A stretch of DNA of 64,000 bases. Origin: a virus. The notes beneath the pieces were generated by a model. That model was given only the letters and a program-made list of their open reading frames with translations. It was not told the origin of the DNA and ran no database searches. The stretch is taken from positions 15,094 through 79,093 of IMG/VR virus record IMGVR_UViG_3300042197_004553; one strand, written 5' to 3'. The position numbers were made by a program, and so were the translations under genes. Positions 49,438 through 59,498 of this stretch are shown here, one piece after another; within the stretch, counting starts at the first letter, position 1; each line of letters starts with the position of its first letter.

Positions 49438-50826
49438 TTAGCGGTTTACCAGTTCGAGCACGTGCTGCTTCATCATGTCCCGCAGTTCGCGCGAACGCTT
49501 GGTGCGGGCCTCTTTGATCTGAAACTTTCCAGCACGCTTAAAGTTAATCACAGCGCGGCCGATGGTTTCGAGGTCCTTGGCGGCGGCCATCTTCGGCTCA
49601 GCCATGGGCGCAGCGGCGGCAGCGGGGTCAACCCCGGCACCGGCGCCACCACCAGCCAGCGCCTCAAGCAGCGCTTCCGGCGGAATACCCAGTTCTTGCA
49701 GCGCCATCGCCAGTTCTTGCACCGCCTCGTCCTCGCTGGGCGCAGCACCGGCGGCGTCCGCCGGCATGTCGCCTTCACCACCCATCATGGCCGCCAGACC
49801 AGCCGGAGCAGGCGGGGCGTCGCTGGCGCCCGACTCGGCGTCGCCCGGAGCGCTGTGGTCCTCGCCGGCGGCGGCGTCGTCTTGCACGTCGGCGCCAGCC
49901 TGTTTTGACGACAAAAACCCGATGAGCAAGTCAGCCATCTCGTCCGCTTCGCGCAGCGTGTTGGCGCACACGTCGCGGACGGCGGCTTCCGCCGCGGCCT
50001 TTTCCAGACCCATCGCCTTGGCCAGTTCGTATCCGGCCTTGAACGCTGCAGCCTTCTCTTCGGACTTTTCGGTCTTTTTCTTGCCTTTCCCGGCGCGAAG
50101 CGCGGCGAGGTCCGAGCCTTCGATCTTGCCGTCCTTGTCGACGTCGAGTTTATGTTGGTTGCCCTTCAGTTCGGCTTCCTTCTTCTCGTCGTCGGCGTCG
50201 TCATCGTCGTCGGCGTCATCGGAGTCGCTCTCGTGCTCAGCCTTCTCTTCGGCCGGTGTTTCTTTTTTTGCGTCGATCTTCTCCTGAATAAAAGCGGGCA
50301 TCTCGGCTTCCTTCTTCAGGTTCGCCGTGCCGAAGTTAATCAGGTTGGCCAGAATGTCGTTGCCAAGGTTGCTGCACTGTTCGCGGGCTTCCTTGAATGA
50401 CACGCTGCTGTACTTCTCGCCGTCATTAGTCTTGGCGGGATGCGAGGTGCCGGGGTCATCCTTCGTGCCCTTGTAATCCTTCTCGGCGGCGGGGTCTTCA
50501 CCGGTCGCCTTGGCGTTGGTGTTAATGTTGAGTTGCACGTCGTCCTGCCGACCCTCTTGCGACATCTCTGGCGCATTGTCGACGGCGAGCGCACCTTGCT
50601 GCTTCTTGATGTCGGCTTCGTACTCAGACGCGCGGGCGCCTTCGCTGGCGTCTTGCACATCGTTGCCGACGCTGACGGACGGATGCGACGAAGCACCTTG
50701 ATATCCACCCGGGTCAGAAGGAACCGGGCCGGCCTTCTTCTCCGCGGCGGCCTTCACCGAACTCTGCGAAATTTCTTCCGCCAGAGCGTTGAGTTGAGCG
50801 AAAAGGGAACGTTGCATCCGTGCCAT
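49438..50826 (-). CDS. acidic scaffold/prohead core-like protein with an EF-hand-like loop
   Basis: Low complexity, many KxA motifs; QHKLDVDKDGKIEGSDLAALR. Confidence 0.6.
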   Translation of the reverse strand: MARMQRSLFAQLNALAEEISQSSVKAAAEKKAGPVPSDPGGYQGASSHPSVSVGNDVQDASEGARASEYEADIKKQQGALAVDNAPEMSQEGRQDDVQLNINTNAKATGEDPAAEKDYKGTKDDPGTSHPAKTNDGEKYSSVSFKEAREQCSNLGNDILANLINFGTANLKKEAEMPAFIQEKIDAKKETPAEEKAEHESDSDDADDDDDADDEKKEAELKGNQHKLDVDKDGKIEGSDLAALRAGKGKKKTEKSEEKAAAFKAGYELAKAMGLEKAAAEAAVRDVCANTLREADEMADLLIGFLSSKQAGADVQDDAAAGEDHSAPGDAESGASDAPPAPAGLAAMMGGEGDMPADAAGAAPSEDEAVQELAMALQELGIPPEALLEALAGGGAGAGVDPAAAAAPMAEPKMAAAKDLETIGRAVINFKRAGKFQIKEARTKRSRELRDMMKQHVLELVNR

Positions 50827-50872
50827 GTTTATCTCCTTTGAGGCCTAATCGTTTTAAGCGATTAGCGTCGTT

Positions 50873-52327
50873 TCATGTGACATAATTTTGCAGTACACAG
50901 TGGTTTGCTGTCAACAAGTTATTTCGGTATTTTTCACAAGCGGTCGCGAAGGCTGCGATCTTATACAAAGCGTAGTGTTTAGCAAGAGCCGTTTCCGCCA
51001 CGCCGCTCGCCCGTTTTTCTGTTGAAAGAATCGAAGGTTGTACGTTACGAAGAGCAGCTAAGTAGGCGCGCTTCTCGATGTGCGGAACCAGCAAGCCGTG
51101 CGAGTGCGCCAATTTTTCAGCCCACAGGCGCGCGGCAGGTGATGCACTTTCGGCTGGGAAAAACCTGTTGTTTTCCAGCGTAGAAACGATGTCGTCCTCG
51201 GCGGCCAGTTTCGTAAAAATGTTGGGAAGCGCGTTCGTGACGGCGCTGACCAGTTCTGTATTAGCAGACTTAACCGTTAATGACAAGAAGTCTTTGACCG
51301 ACAGGATGATACCGGTATCGGCTAAACCTCTCAACACCTCGGCCATTTTAGCAAACGGGCAGTCATTTACATCAATATCCGGTTGCACAGTCGGATGGCT
51401 CGCCAACGCCATCTGCGCCCACCCGGCTTCAGCGCTGGTGTCCTGTTCGGCCTGGGCCAGTTGCTGCAGCGCATGAAACTGCTGGGCAGCCCGCTTGGTC
51501 GCCATAGCGGAATCGAGCCCGTGCGGCATGGTGACGCCCAGGTGCTCGGCCAGTTCAGCGCCAGAAATGACAGCATTACTCGCGGCTTTTTCCAGTTTGC
51601 CGGAGACGTAGGCAATTCGGTCAGCCGGGCGAAAGACGTGGGAAATATCGAAAAACGACGGGTTGGGGTTGTCGGCGTGGAGGACATGGCCGTCTTCCAT
51701 AACCCGGCCGATATTGTGCTTTAATCCGCCAGCCTTGCAGTGTCCCCCGTTTTCAATCGAGTCACAGTACTCGGCGCGCGTCCGGGCCGAGTTGCCGCAG
51801 GCCGAACACTTGTCGAACGGAATTTTACAAGCCATCGAAACCGGGATGTCGCCGCCGCTGGCTAGTTTGTCCATTTCCTTGTCGGCGATCAGGCCCCCGT
51901 TGCGCTCGGCGGCGTCGTGGCTGCCGTTTAACGCGCAGATCAGTTCAATCCGACGCATAGCCTCGTTGTAATGCGACGCCTTGACCAGCCCGAAACTCTT
52001 GGCCGGGTTCTTGTTGGCGTGGTCCCGATAAAACCGGGCAAACTTCTCAAACGTCGGGTGGTACTTGCGGCAGCATTCCCGGGTAAATCCGTCGCCATTG
52101 CGGTTGGGGCCGTAATCTTCTGTGGCCCCGATCGCGATCAGATGCACCGGAATCTCGTCGGCCGCGAACTTGATCGTCGAGACCTTGTCGGCAAACTCGG
52201 CTCCGGCGCGCTTCACGAGGTCCTGTTTATCCGCGCCGATGATGCCGCGGCTGGAAACCTTGATCAGCGACGCCACCGGTTCGCTAAAGTCCTGCGAATG
52301 CGGCTGGATAACTTTGATCATGCTCAT
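50873..52327 (-). CDS. prohead (capsid maturation) serine protease
   Basis: GPNRNGDGF, YRDH, VSMAC followed by CSACGN...C; upstream of scaffold and capsid genes. Confidence 0.65.
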   Translation of the reverse strand: MSMIKVIQPHSQDFSEPVASLIKVSSRGIIGADKQDLVKRAGAEFADKVSTIKFAADEIPVHLIAIGATEDYGPNRNGDGFTRECCRKYHPTFEKFARFYRDHANKNPAKSFGLVKASHYNEAMRRIELICALNGSHDAAERNGGLIADKEMDKLASGGDIPVSMACKIPFDKCSACGNSARTRAEYCDSIENGGHCKAGGLKHNIGRVMEDGHVLHADNPNPSFFDISHVFRPADRIAYVSGKLEKAASNAVISGAELAEHLGVTMPHGLDSAMATKRAAQQFHALQQLAQAEQDTSAEAGWAQMALASHPTVQPDIDVNDCPFAKMAEVLRGLADTGIILSVKDFLSLTVKSANTELVSAVTNALPNIFTKLAAEDDIVSTLENNRFFPAESASPAARLWAEKLAHSHGLLVPHIEKRAYLAALRNVQPSILSTEKRASGVAETALAKHYALYKIAAFATACEKYRNNLLTANHCVLQNYVT

Positions 52328-52334
52328 AAAGTGC

Positions 52335-53783
52335 CTACAGCGTTTCGAGGTTGGTGCGGCGGGTATCGGCGATCGCCTTGTCCCGGTCCGCGCGAATCTT
52401 TTCCATTTCGAGCAGTTGTTTGACATCAAAATCAGCCAACTGCCCCGCTTCGAGCCGCTTGCGCAAAACGGACCGGAGCATGCCCGGGGCGTCGATCAGC
52501 GTGGGCGACAGTTCGGCCACGTCGTTAAACGCCATGGCGACGTCCTGCGGGTCATACCCGGAAATCACCGGGTCGTTCAGAATCAGGTCGTGCAGTACGC
52601 CCTTGGAACGGATGCTTTTGATCGTGGACTCGTGCTCGGGGTCGTACACGCTGTCGAGTTGTTTCTTCACCTCTTTCTGCGAATCCACAGCGCCAAGCCC
52701 CGTCATGTCGCTCGGCTTTTCGGCGCCCATGGCCTGCCCGACGGCCTGCACCGGAGAGGTGAGCAGTTTAAAATTAATGTCGGCGGGTTTGCCGCCGCTG
52801 CTACCGCGTACAGGCTGTGTTGGCGCGCCAGTCGCCGGCCTCCGGCTGGTGGGTTCCGAGTCCGCCGGCGGCACAAACGGCACACCCTCAGCCCGCTTCA
52901 GTTGCAGCGGCTCTTCGGCAGGAACGTGGAGGATCGATCCAGTAAGAAATTCTGGGGCTTCTTTCTTACCGAATGCCGCGGCTTTTTTTTCAGGAACGCG
53001 CTGTTGCGCCGCCGTAAACGCCGTTACAGACGCCAAAACGTTTTCCACAAGCGTGTACACCGGATCGGCCCCGAAATGATTCTGACCGCTGTCCGCCTGC
53101 TTGGTGAAGTGCGGAAACACAGCGGCTACTTTGTGCAGCACGGACACGCCCTGCTCGCCTAATCGCAGGCCCACTTCGCGCACCGCGTCTTGGAACGACA
53201 TGTTGCCGGGAGTCCGGAAATACACGCTTAAATCATCCATGGCGGCGGCGGCTTTGCTGTACGCCGCCGTCGCCGTGCGCCGCAGTTCGTCGGCGTCTCG
53301 CTGCGCGGCCACTTTCTGGCTGTACGCGCGCATCGCCTCGGCATGCTCGTCGCGCGGCGGCCGGACATACGTCTTTTCGGGCAACGCGACGGCTGCAGCG
53401 GCGGCTTTGCGCATCTCGCTTGCCCGGCGCGTGAGCATCCCAGCCGGCGACAGCCCGTATTCAGCCGACACGACGTCTTGCCGCTTGAGTTCGGCGGAGG
53501 TTTTTACGGTTGCGGGATACAGTGTTTGTAACACGGTGTCGGCGTCGGCCAGCGCAAAATCGGCGGCCTTCTCCAACACGTTCTCGCCCGTCTCCCGCTG
53601 CTTGGTCGTGCGGCCGGTGTTGTACGCGTGCACCATGAGATTGATATGACCGGCGGGAACATTGGCGTCCGACGCGCTTTTAATAATCGCGTCGTTCGGG
53701 GTCATGCCGGTGTTCACCAAAGCCGCGGCATTCTCAATGGCTTTGATTAACTTTTGCTCGGCTGCTTTCGTCAGTGCGCCCAT
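52335..53783 (-). CDS. K-x-A-rich putative internal head protein
   Basis: Start MGALTKAAEQ; more than 10 KxA motifs. Confidence 0.65.
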   Translation of the reverse strand: MGALTKAAEQKLIKAIENAAALVNTGMTPNDAIIKSASDANVPAGHINLMVHAYNTGRTTKQRETGENVLEKAADFALADADTVLQTLYPATVKTSAELKRQDVVSAEYGLSPAGMLTRRASEMRKAAAAAVALPEKTYVRPPRDEHAEAMRAYSQKVAAQRDADELRRTATAAYSKAAAAMDDLSVYFRTPGNMSFQDAVREVGLRLGEQGVSVLHKVAAVFPHFTKQADSGQNHFGADPVYTLVENVLASVTAFTAAQQRVPEKKAAAFGKKEAPEFLTGSILHVPAEEPLQLKRAEGVPFVPPADSEPTSRRPATGAPTQPVRGSSGGKPADINFKLLTSPVQAVGQAMGAEKPSDMTGLGAVDSQKEVKKQLDSVYDPEHESTIKSIRSKGVLHDLILNDPVISGYDPQDVAMAFNDVAELSPTLIDAPGMLRSVLRKRLEAGQLADFDVKQLLEMEKIRADRDKAIADTRRTNLETL

Positions 53784-53784
53784 G

Positions 53785-54729
53785 TTATTCTCCCGGAAAG
53801 TGCATGTTTTGAATGTCGGCCGCGTTGGCGATCTTCCCGCCGCTCGCAAGAATCATCATTTCGTCGCCGCGCAATTCCGCCGAGCCTTCGTCAAAGGGTA
53901 ACATTTTTGCCGGGGCGGAATCCAGTTTTGTCCCTATTTTAAACGGAAGGGACGTCAACATCACACCAATATTATCCACGATGGACGTTTGAGCCTTCGC
54001 GGCATTATCCATGTTTCGTTCGATTTCCACGCATTTCACATAGGCGTCGATCAGCGGCAATTGGGTGTGGGTGTTGACCGGCACCGTTAATGCCGCCAGT
54101 GCGGCCTTGTATTTCAGTGAATTGACGGCAAAATCTTGGAAAAACACGCCGACGTCGTCCGCCGACGTGGGTTTGTGCAAGGACGGACTGCGGTTTAACA
54201 CGGCGTCCAGCACATGGGGGCCGCCGCGGTACCCGATGAGTTTCCAGAGCAGGTCGTAATGCCGCTCCTGTAGTCCGCGCGTCACGGCGTCGCCCATGAC
54301 CACCTGCGTCACGTAGTCCGTGTGGTCGAGTTTGGCGCGCACGTCGAAAAAGACGTTGATGTAGGTGGTAATGACGTCAATATCGGTGCCCACCTTGTCG
54401 GCGATCTGCTGGTCCGTCTCGCCCGCCAGCACCCGCGCCTCGACGGCCCAGCGCGTGGGGTTCTTTTCCTCGGCCCACAACGAGTGCGCCCAAAACAACT
54501 GGGTATCCCGCAGCATCAGCGCGTACAGCCCCGTCGACGAGCCGCTGGCCGGTCCGTAGCGGCGTTTGAACCGCAGCGCGCGGCGTATCCACAAAAAGCC
54601 GTCGCCGCCGTCGAGCCGTTTGGTGGCTTTATGGCCACCGGCGTCGATCTCGGTCGCACGCAACCACCGCCAATGCGGTGCTCGGCGAAGGCTGTCTTTA
54701 AACGAGGCTGTGTGGTCGATGGCTGGCAT
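53785..54729 (-). CDS. hypothetical protein
   Basis: Start MPAIDHTASF; protein-like composition. Confidence 0.65.
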   Translation of the reverse strand: MPAIDHTASFKDSLRRAPHWRWLRATEIDAGGHKATKRLDGGDGFLWIRRALRFKRRYGPASGSSTGLYALMLRDTQLFWAHSLWAEEKNPTRWAVEARVLAGETDQQIADKVGTDIDVITTYINVFFDVRAKLDHTDYVTQVVMGDAVTRGLQERHYDLLWKLIGYRGGPHVLDAVLNRSPSLHKPTSADDVGVFFQDFAVNSLKYKAALAALTVPVNTHTQLPLIDAYVKCVEIERNMDNAAKAQTSIVDNIGVMLTSLPFKIGTKLDSAPAKMLPFDEGSAELRGDEMMILASGGKIANAADIQNMHFPGE

Positions 54730-54761
54730 CCGCCACTTCTCAAGATTTGTCGTATAGCGCA

Positions 54762-55544
54762 CTAGGCGTCAGGGAACGCCGCCGTGGGTGGCGGGAAGTT
54801 CTCGGTGTAGCGGGCGGCCCGAGTGATCCTTAATTCGTCCAGCCACAGGGGGCTTGCGTTGTTGTCTAGGGTTTGTGAGTTGTTGTTTATGGCGAAAACT
54901 GAGTTGCCGCTCAAATTCTCGGAAAACTGCCTTGTTGGACCAACCTGCACTCCGTCCACAAACGCTCTCAGGTTGCTGCCGCTGCGGCACAGCGCGTAGT
55001 GATGCCATTGATTGGCAATAGTGCTGAGCACCCCTGATGGAATTATAAACGATTGCTGGTTAGAAGCCGGCCCTTGAATAAGAATGGTTGCATACTCAAA
55101 AAATAAACCAAAATACCACGCTGGGCTGGGGTTGTTCCACTTTGTGAAAGCGTGATTGGTGGTTAGCGATTCAGGTCTCGCCCACATTTCAATAGTAAAA
55201 TCACCAGGCAGATCAAGTTTGCTTGCATTGCTCGCATACAGGTAGCCATTGCCGGCATCAAATCGCAAAGATGCGTTGCCAAACTTGCTTTGACTGGTCG
55301 AAGCAGACGCCCCGCCAGCATTTGTAAATGCGATAGGAAACGCAGACGAATCGGATAGCCCTGTGGCGGTATCGCCGTGCATCAACAACACCACGTCGGT
55401 CCTCATAGGATCGCCTTGCCCAGGCCACGCTGCCGCCCGTTTCTGCCGCTCGGCCGTCCGCAAGTCCCAGATGCCGCTGGCGACACTCGTCGTCGGCCCA
55501 TCCGGTCGCGGCCCGATGTACGAACCGTTTGCTCGCAGACTCAT
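54762..55544 (-). CDS. LamG/ConA-like domain virion protein
   Basis: GDFTIEMW, WHHYALCRSGSNLRAFVDG, LDELRITRAARYTENF; N-terminal SGIWDL...WP module. Confidence 0.8.
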   Translation of the reverse strand: MSLRANGSYIGPRPDGPTTSVASGIWDLRTAERQKRAAAWPGQGDPMRTDVVLLMHGDTATGLSDSSAFPIAFTNAGGASASTSQSKFGNASLRFDAGNGYLYASNASKLDLPGDFTIEMWARPESLTTNHAFTKWNNPSPAWYFGLFFEYATILIQGPASNQQSFIIPSGVLSTIANQWHHYALCRSGSNLRAFVDGVQVGPTRQFSENLSGNSVFAINNNSQTLDNNASPLWLDELRITRAARYTENFPPPTAAFPDA

Positions 55545-56002
55545 TCCGCACCTCCCGCGCTCAACGCCGCCCGAGCCGCACCATACGCGAGCATCAGCGG
55601 CTCAAACTCCGCGAACGTCATCGTGTGCCGCTCGCCCGCCATGTCGGTGACAACGACCGGCTGCTCCACGCCCAACTCCGCAGCCCGCCTGGCAAGAACA
55701 TAGAGCCCGGTGAGCAGAGCCACATCATCCGGCTGCCACGCGAGTCGCCAGCCGGCAGGCGTCTCCCAGCCCAGTTCAAACGGCGACGGCTCCGGCGGGG
55801 GAGGCGGCGGCGGAAAGAGGGCGTCTAGGTCGTCCTGCGTCAGCGTGGACGCAGACCAGCCAGTAGCCTCCAAGACGGCGGCATCCAGCGACCACTGCGC
55901 CGGGTCGGTGCGGGTGCTGCCATCTGGCAGCCGCACCCGGAACGGGAGGGCCAGGGCGGCTACGCCGTTACGTCGCCAGCAGGGATCGCCGAGAGCAGGC
56001 AT
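55541..56002 (-). CDS. putative tail fibre assembly-like protein
   Basis: LPFRVRLPDGSTRTDP; ATGA overlap with the LamG gene. Confidence 0.45.
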   Translation of the reverse strand: MPALGDPCWRRNGVAALALPFRVRLPDGSTRTDPAQWSLDAAVLEATGWSASTLTQDDLDALFPPPPPPPEPSPFELGWETPAGWRLAWQPDDVALLTGLYVLARRAAELGVEQPVVVTDMAGERHTMTFAEFEPLMLAYGAARAALSAGGAE

Positions 56003-56034
56003 GGAAGTTCTCTATTGTTGTGAAAGGGTGTCGT

Positions 56035-56391
56035 TCAGGAGATTTCTTCGTACGAGCAAACGGCTTCAAGGTCGTCGGCCGACGACGCGCTCAAGCGCAA
56101 AGACTGCCCCTCCATGATGTACAGCGGCCGCGTGTCAATGATGCCCAGTGTGGCGTCCGGCGGCACGCTCACAGTCGAGACAAGTTTTCGCCCTGTTGTT
56201 CCGTCGAATAAGTCAATCGTCACATCGGCGGCGCTGCTGCCGTCGACGTTGGCGATAAACAGCAAACTAACGCGAAGCGTCTTGTTGCTTCCAGTGACGT
56301 TGGAAACGATCGCCGTCGGCGTCGTCGTGAGAGCCTGCACGGCGCTCTTGCCTTCCACTTTGGTCGGTGCGTTTAAATTTGGTAGCGGCAT
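56035..56391 (-). CDS. small beta-sandwich virion structural protein
   Basis: IANVDGSSAADVTI...VSVPPDATL...VCSYEEIS resembles a small structural family of aquatic phages. Confidence 0.55.
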   Translation of the reverse strand: MPLPNLNAPTKVEGKSAVQALTTTPTAIVSNVTGSNKTLRVSLLFIANVDGSSAADVTIDLFDGTTGRKLVSTVSVPPDATLGIIDTRPLYIMEGQSLRLSASSADDLEAVCSYEEIS

Positions 56392-56407
56392 TTTTCGTTC
56401 CTAGGGT

Positions 56408-56617
56408 TTAATTGTTCCACGAGTATATGAAATTACCCGCGTCCTGCGCCCACCACGAGAGGTTAGAGACCGGCGGGTCTGTCGCATTCGTCGGCGTCAC
56501 CGCCGTCGTTCCGGAAAACGGCCCGGTGCCTGCCGAGTTTACAGCGGCGACACGGAACAAGTACTCTTGCCCGTTTACAAGTCCCGCGACTGTACGATTG
56601 GTAGCGTTAGAGGGCAT
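56408..56617 (-). CDS. partial fibronectin type III domain protein (possible remnant)
   Basis: TVAGLVNGQEYLFRVAAVNSAGTGPFS is only the C-terminal half of an FN3 domain. Confidence 0.55.
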   Translation of the reverse strand: MPSNATNRTVAGLVNGQEYLFRVAAVNSAGTGPFSGTTAVTPTNATDPPVSNLSWWAQDAGNFIYSWNN

Positions 56618-56658
56618 AGTTTAATCTTTGGCGCACATTTAATATACAGTTGTCAAAC

Positions 56659-57033
56659 CTACAGCAGCGGCGTCGCTACCGTAACCGACATCGTAAACGT
56701 TTTATCGCCGGTACCGGCTGGCGTAATTTTTAAATACAACAGTCGCTCGTGCAGCGACGGCGTCCCGTTGCGATTTTGATACGCAATATCCAGCGCGGTA
56801 TTCTCTGCCACCGTGGCACTCGCTGCGGCCGTCGCGGTCAGCAGGTGATACACGTCGTCCGGCACTTTGTCGCTGGTGTACAGCGCGGCGGTAAATCCGG
56901 CCGCTGTACCCGCCGACTGCACGAGCGTGTACCCGCGCAGCGTGCCGCGAGCAGGCGCGGAAATAGCGACCACTGTTTCCGTCGCGCTGGGGACTGTAAA
57001 CGTTTTGCTTCCCGACCAGATCGTACTCGGCAT
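56659..57033 (-). CDS. small hypothetical beta-rich protein
   Basis: 124 aa; AAAGGTG Shine-Dalgarno. Confidence 0.6.
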   Translation of the reverse strand: MPSTIWSGSKTFTVPSATETVVAISAPARGTLRGYTLVQSAGTAAGFTAALYTSDKVPDDVYHLLTATAAASATVAENTALDIAYQNRNGTPSLHERLLYLKITPAGTGDKTFTMSVTVATPLL

Positions 57034-57043
57034 GGTTCACCTT

Positions 57044-59452
57044 TTATGTATTCGCCACAGGGCCAAGATCGACGTCCGCGCCGGCTTCTTCCGGATACGG
57101 TTCGATGGTTTTCTGCTTGAGGAAGAGGATGACGTCGCCCAGCATTTCAAACGCGTTGCGCAGCGAGTCTTCCAATTCCGGCATGTCCGCCTTGCCATAG
57201 CGATCCGCAAACCGATCGCCGTGCCAGTAGAACATGAAGAGAATGCGACCGAGTTTGTCGAGCCCCTTGGTGAGTTCGCCCATGTACCGGTCGACCAGCC
57301 CGTCATCGCGGACGGCCCGGAGCATCGTGCCGATCATCGCGGTATCGAACACTTCGCGTTGTCCGGTTTGTGCCGCATCGAGTACCCGCCCAATTGCTTT
57401 TTGATCCAATTGGGTATTTGGGTTATACACACTGCGGTCTGTCTGACTGGCCGACATGCCCGCCACCGGAACGCCGACGTCAATACCGAGTTGCGTCGGG
57501 ATGCTTGTGCCCATAATCGTTTCGCCGCCCATCACCGGGCCGGGATCGGCGGGCGCCGTCGGGGCATTGTTGATCATCATCGGACCGCCGTACGGATCGG
57601 CGTACTTCACGTGAAATGCAAACTTGCGGCGCACCTTGGCGCGACCGAGCACGTCCCGGGCGGCTTCTTCGCGCAGACCGTGCCGCTGCACCAGTGACAC
57701 GAGCGCCTGCTTCTCCGACAGTTCCTTTTCAATCGACCGCCGCTTGGGGCTATGAATCTCGACTGCCGTACCGGTGTGATACAGCGTCACGCTGGCCAGT
57801 TTCTGCATAAGCGCGAGTTGCGCGTCTGCCAGATTACCCGGCATAAGCGGCGGGTTCTTACTCTCGCCACAGCCGCAGGCGTCCTGTCCGGCGTCTTCCC
57901 CGTCCGATGCGTCGTCTTCACCCGGGGCGCACTTGAGCAGTTTGTAGCCCTCGGGTACGAAGATGTCGCCCATGCTGGCGCGCAGGCTGCGACCACCTTT
58001 TCCGTTTACATGAATCCGCACGCCGTCGCGGTACTTGTCGTAATTCAGCGGGTCGGTGTAGCAGCAGGCGCCGATACTGCCCTTCGGCGGAAACTTGGAG
58101 TGATCCTCCATGTGCACTTCGTAGGCTGTGCTGCCAAACTCGGTTTCGCCGTACTCGCGGAGCACGCGGAACGGCACGGTCGCGTCGCCGCGCTTGCTGA
58201 TCGCCATGTAGCGACCACTGCGCCCGACGCTGCTGGCCTCGGGGAGGTTGTCAAACCACGTATCGAACTCGTCGCCCTCGACGCGCGCCAGACAGAACAC
58301 GTGGTCGGCCCGTGTGTTAATCCATTCCGGCGTGCCGTCGATGCGCACCACGGTGACAAAGTCAGCGCGTTTGACCGGCCCCTGCGGATGGACAGCAATA
58401 TAGCATTTTTCCATATCGCCCGGCTTGACGAGCACATGGTACAAGCCGCTTTCAGTCGGGTTAAACAGTTTCTTTTCGACCTGAATTTGATACGGCACCG
58501 ACACGTTGTCTCGGTCGCGCTGGTCAAGGATGAGCACGCCATCGCGAAGCAGCTTTTCCTGATCGTCTTCGGTGTGGCCCGGCGGCAGGGCTTGCTGGAC
58601 GGTCGCGTCGTAAGTGACGACTTTGAGCGACGACTCAGCCTTGGGCGTTTCTGGCGCATCAGACAAGACGCTGGCTTGCTTTTGGCTTTCCTCGGCGGCC
58701 GAACGGGCGGCTGCGGCGCCGATGGCGTCTTTAATGATGTCTAAACCGTGGAACGCGTCGATGGCTTGCGCGATCTGCGGCGCGTGCTGGCAGGTTTTCA
58801 CGAGCGCCGCAATAGTCTGCATGCCCGCCTGCTTGAGAAATGCGGCCAGATTTAACTTGTGGCCCAGTTCCTCGAAGGCCGCCGCTGTATTCATCGTGGC
58901 GGTCTTGGCCAGCGTCGGCATCACCGCCGTCATCATTTCTTTCAGCGTGGGCTGCGCCGAACCGAACTTGGCCGGCGAGCGCGACAACTGGGTGAAATCG
59001 GGCTGGCGCTGCCCAAACTGCGTCAGATTCTTGTCGATTCCGCTGCCCAAAATGCTCGGCTTGCGGTTGACCAGATAATTGACCCAGTTTTCCTTGAGCG
59101 GCACGAACATATCCTGATTCTTGATGTACAGGAGTTCGTGGCCCTTCAGGTCGCCGTTCAGGAAAAACACAGGGGCGTACAGCCACAGCGAGCCGAGTTT
59201 AAACGCAAAAACACCGATGGCCTTGGTGTTTTCTCGGTTCCGGTCAAGGAGTTGGAACCCGATCTCGTGGTCCAGCAGCTTGGGGGCCGAATCGCGGAGG
59301 TAGGCGTGGGCCAGATTGGAAAACGCCTGTTCAAAGGCCACGTCGTCACCGCGGCCGCCGATTTCGGCAACCTTGGTGTTGGTGCGGTCCATCGCGCGGA
59401 CGACGTGCAACCAGTGCTTCCACGAGGCCTGCTTGGACTTTTTGTTATACAC
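57044..59452 (-). CDS. large K-x-A-containing putative virion protein
   Basis: 802 aa; GGAGG Shine-Dalgarno; SKQA, TKVA, LKQA, QKQA, QKLA, VKYA. Confidence 0.7.
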   Translation of the reverse strand: MYNKKSKQASWKHWLHVVRAMDRTNTKVAEIGGRGDDVAFEQAFSNLAHAYLRDSAPKLLDHEIGFQLLDRNRENTKAIGVFAFKLGSLWLYAPVFFLNGDLKGHELLYIKNQDMFVPLKENWVNYLVNRKPSILGSGIDKNLTQFGQRQPDFTQLSRSPAKFGSAQPTLKEMMTAVMPTLAKTATMNTAAAFEELGHKLNLAAFLKQAGMQTIAALVKTCQHAPQIAQAIDAFHGLDIIKDAIGAAAARSAAEESQKQASVLSDAPETPKAESSLKVVTYDATVQQALPPGHTEDDQEKLLRDGVLILDQRDRDNVSVPYQIQVEKKLFNPTESGLYHVLVKPGDMEKCYIAVHPQGPVKRADFVTVVRIDGTPEWINTRADHVFCLARVEGDEFDTWFDNLPEASSVGRSGRYMAISKRGDATVPFRVLREYGETEFGSTAYEVHMEDHSKFPPKGSIGACCYTDPLNYDKYRDGVRIHVNGKGGRSLRASMGDIFVPEGYKLLKCAPGEDDASDGEDAGQDACGCGESKNPPLMPGNLADAQLALMQKLASVTLYHTGTAVEIHSPKRRSIEKELSEKQALVSLVQRHGLREEAARDVLGRAKVRRKFAFHVKYADPYGGPMMINNAPTAPADPGPVMGGETIMGTSIPTQLGIDVGVPVAGMSASQTDRSVYNPNTQLDQKAIGRVLDAAQTGQREVFDTAMIGTMLRAVRDDGLVDRYMGELTKGLDKLGRILFMFYWHGDRFADRYGKADMPELEDSLRNAFEMLGDVILFLKQKTIEPYPEEAGADVDLGPVANT

Positions 59453-59498
59453 AGCGCCACCTCCCTGCGGCAGATATTAAACCGACAACCCTACTAAT

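Noticed and set aside
54762-55410. Diversity-generating retroelement target
   Set aside because: No template repeat or reverse transcriptase seen in the window, and the domain is LamG-like rather than C-type lectin
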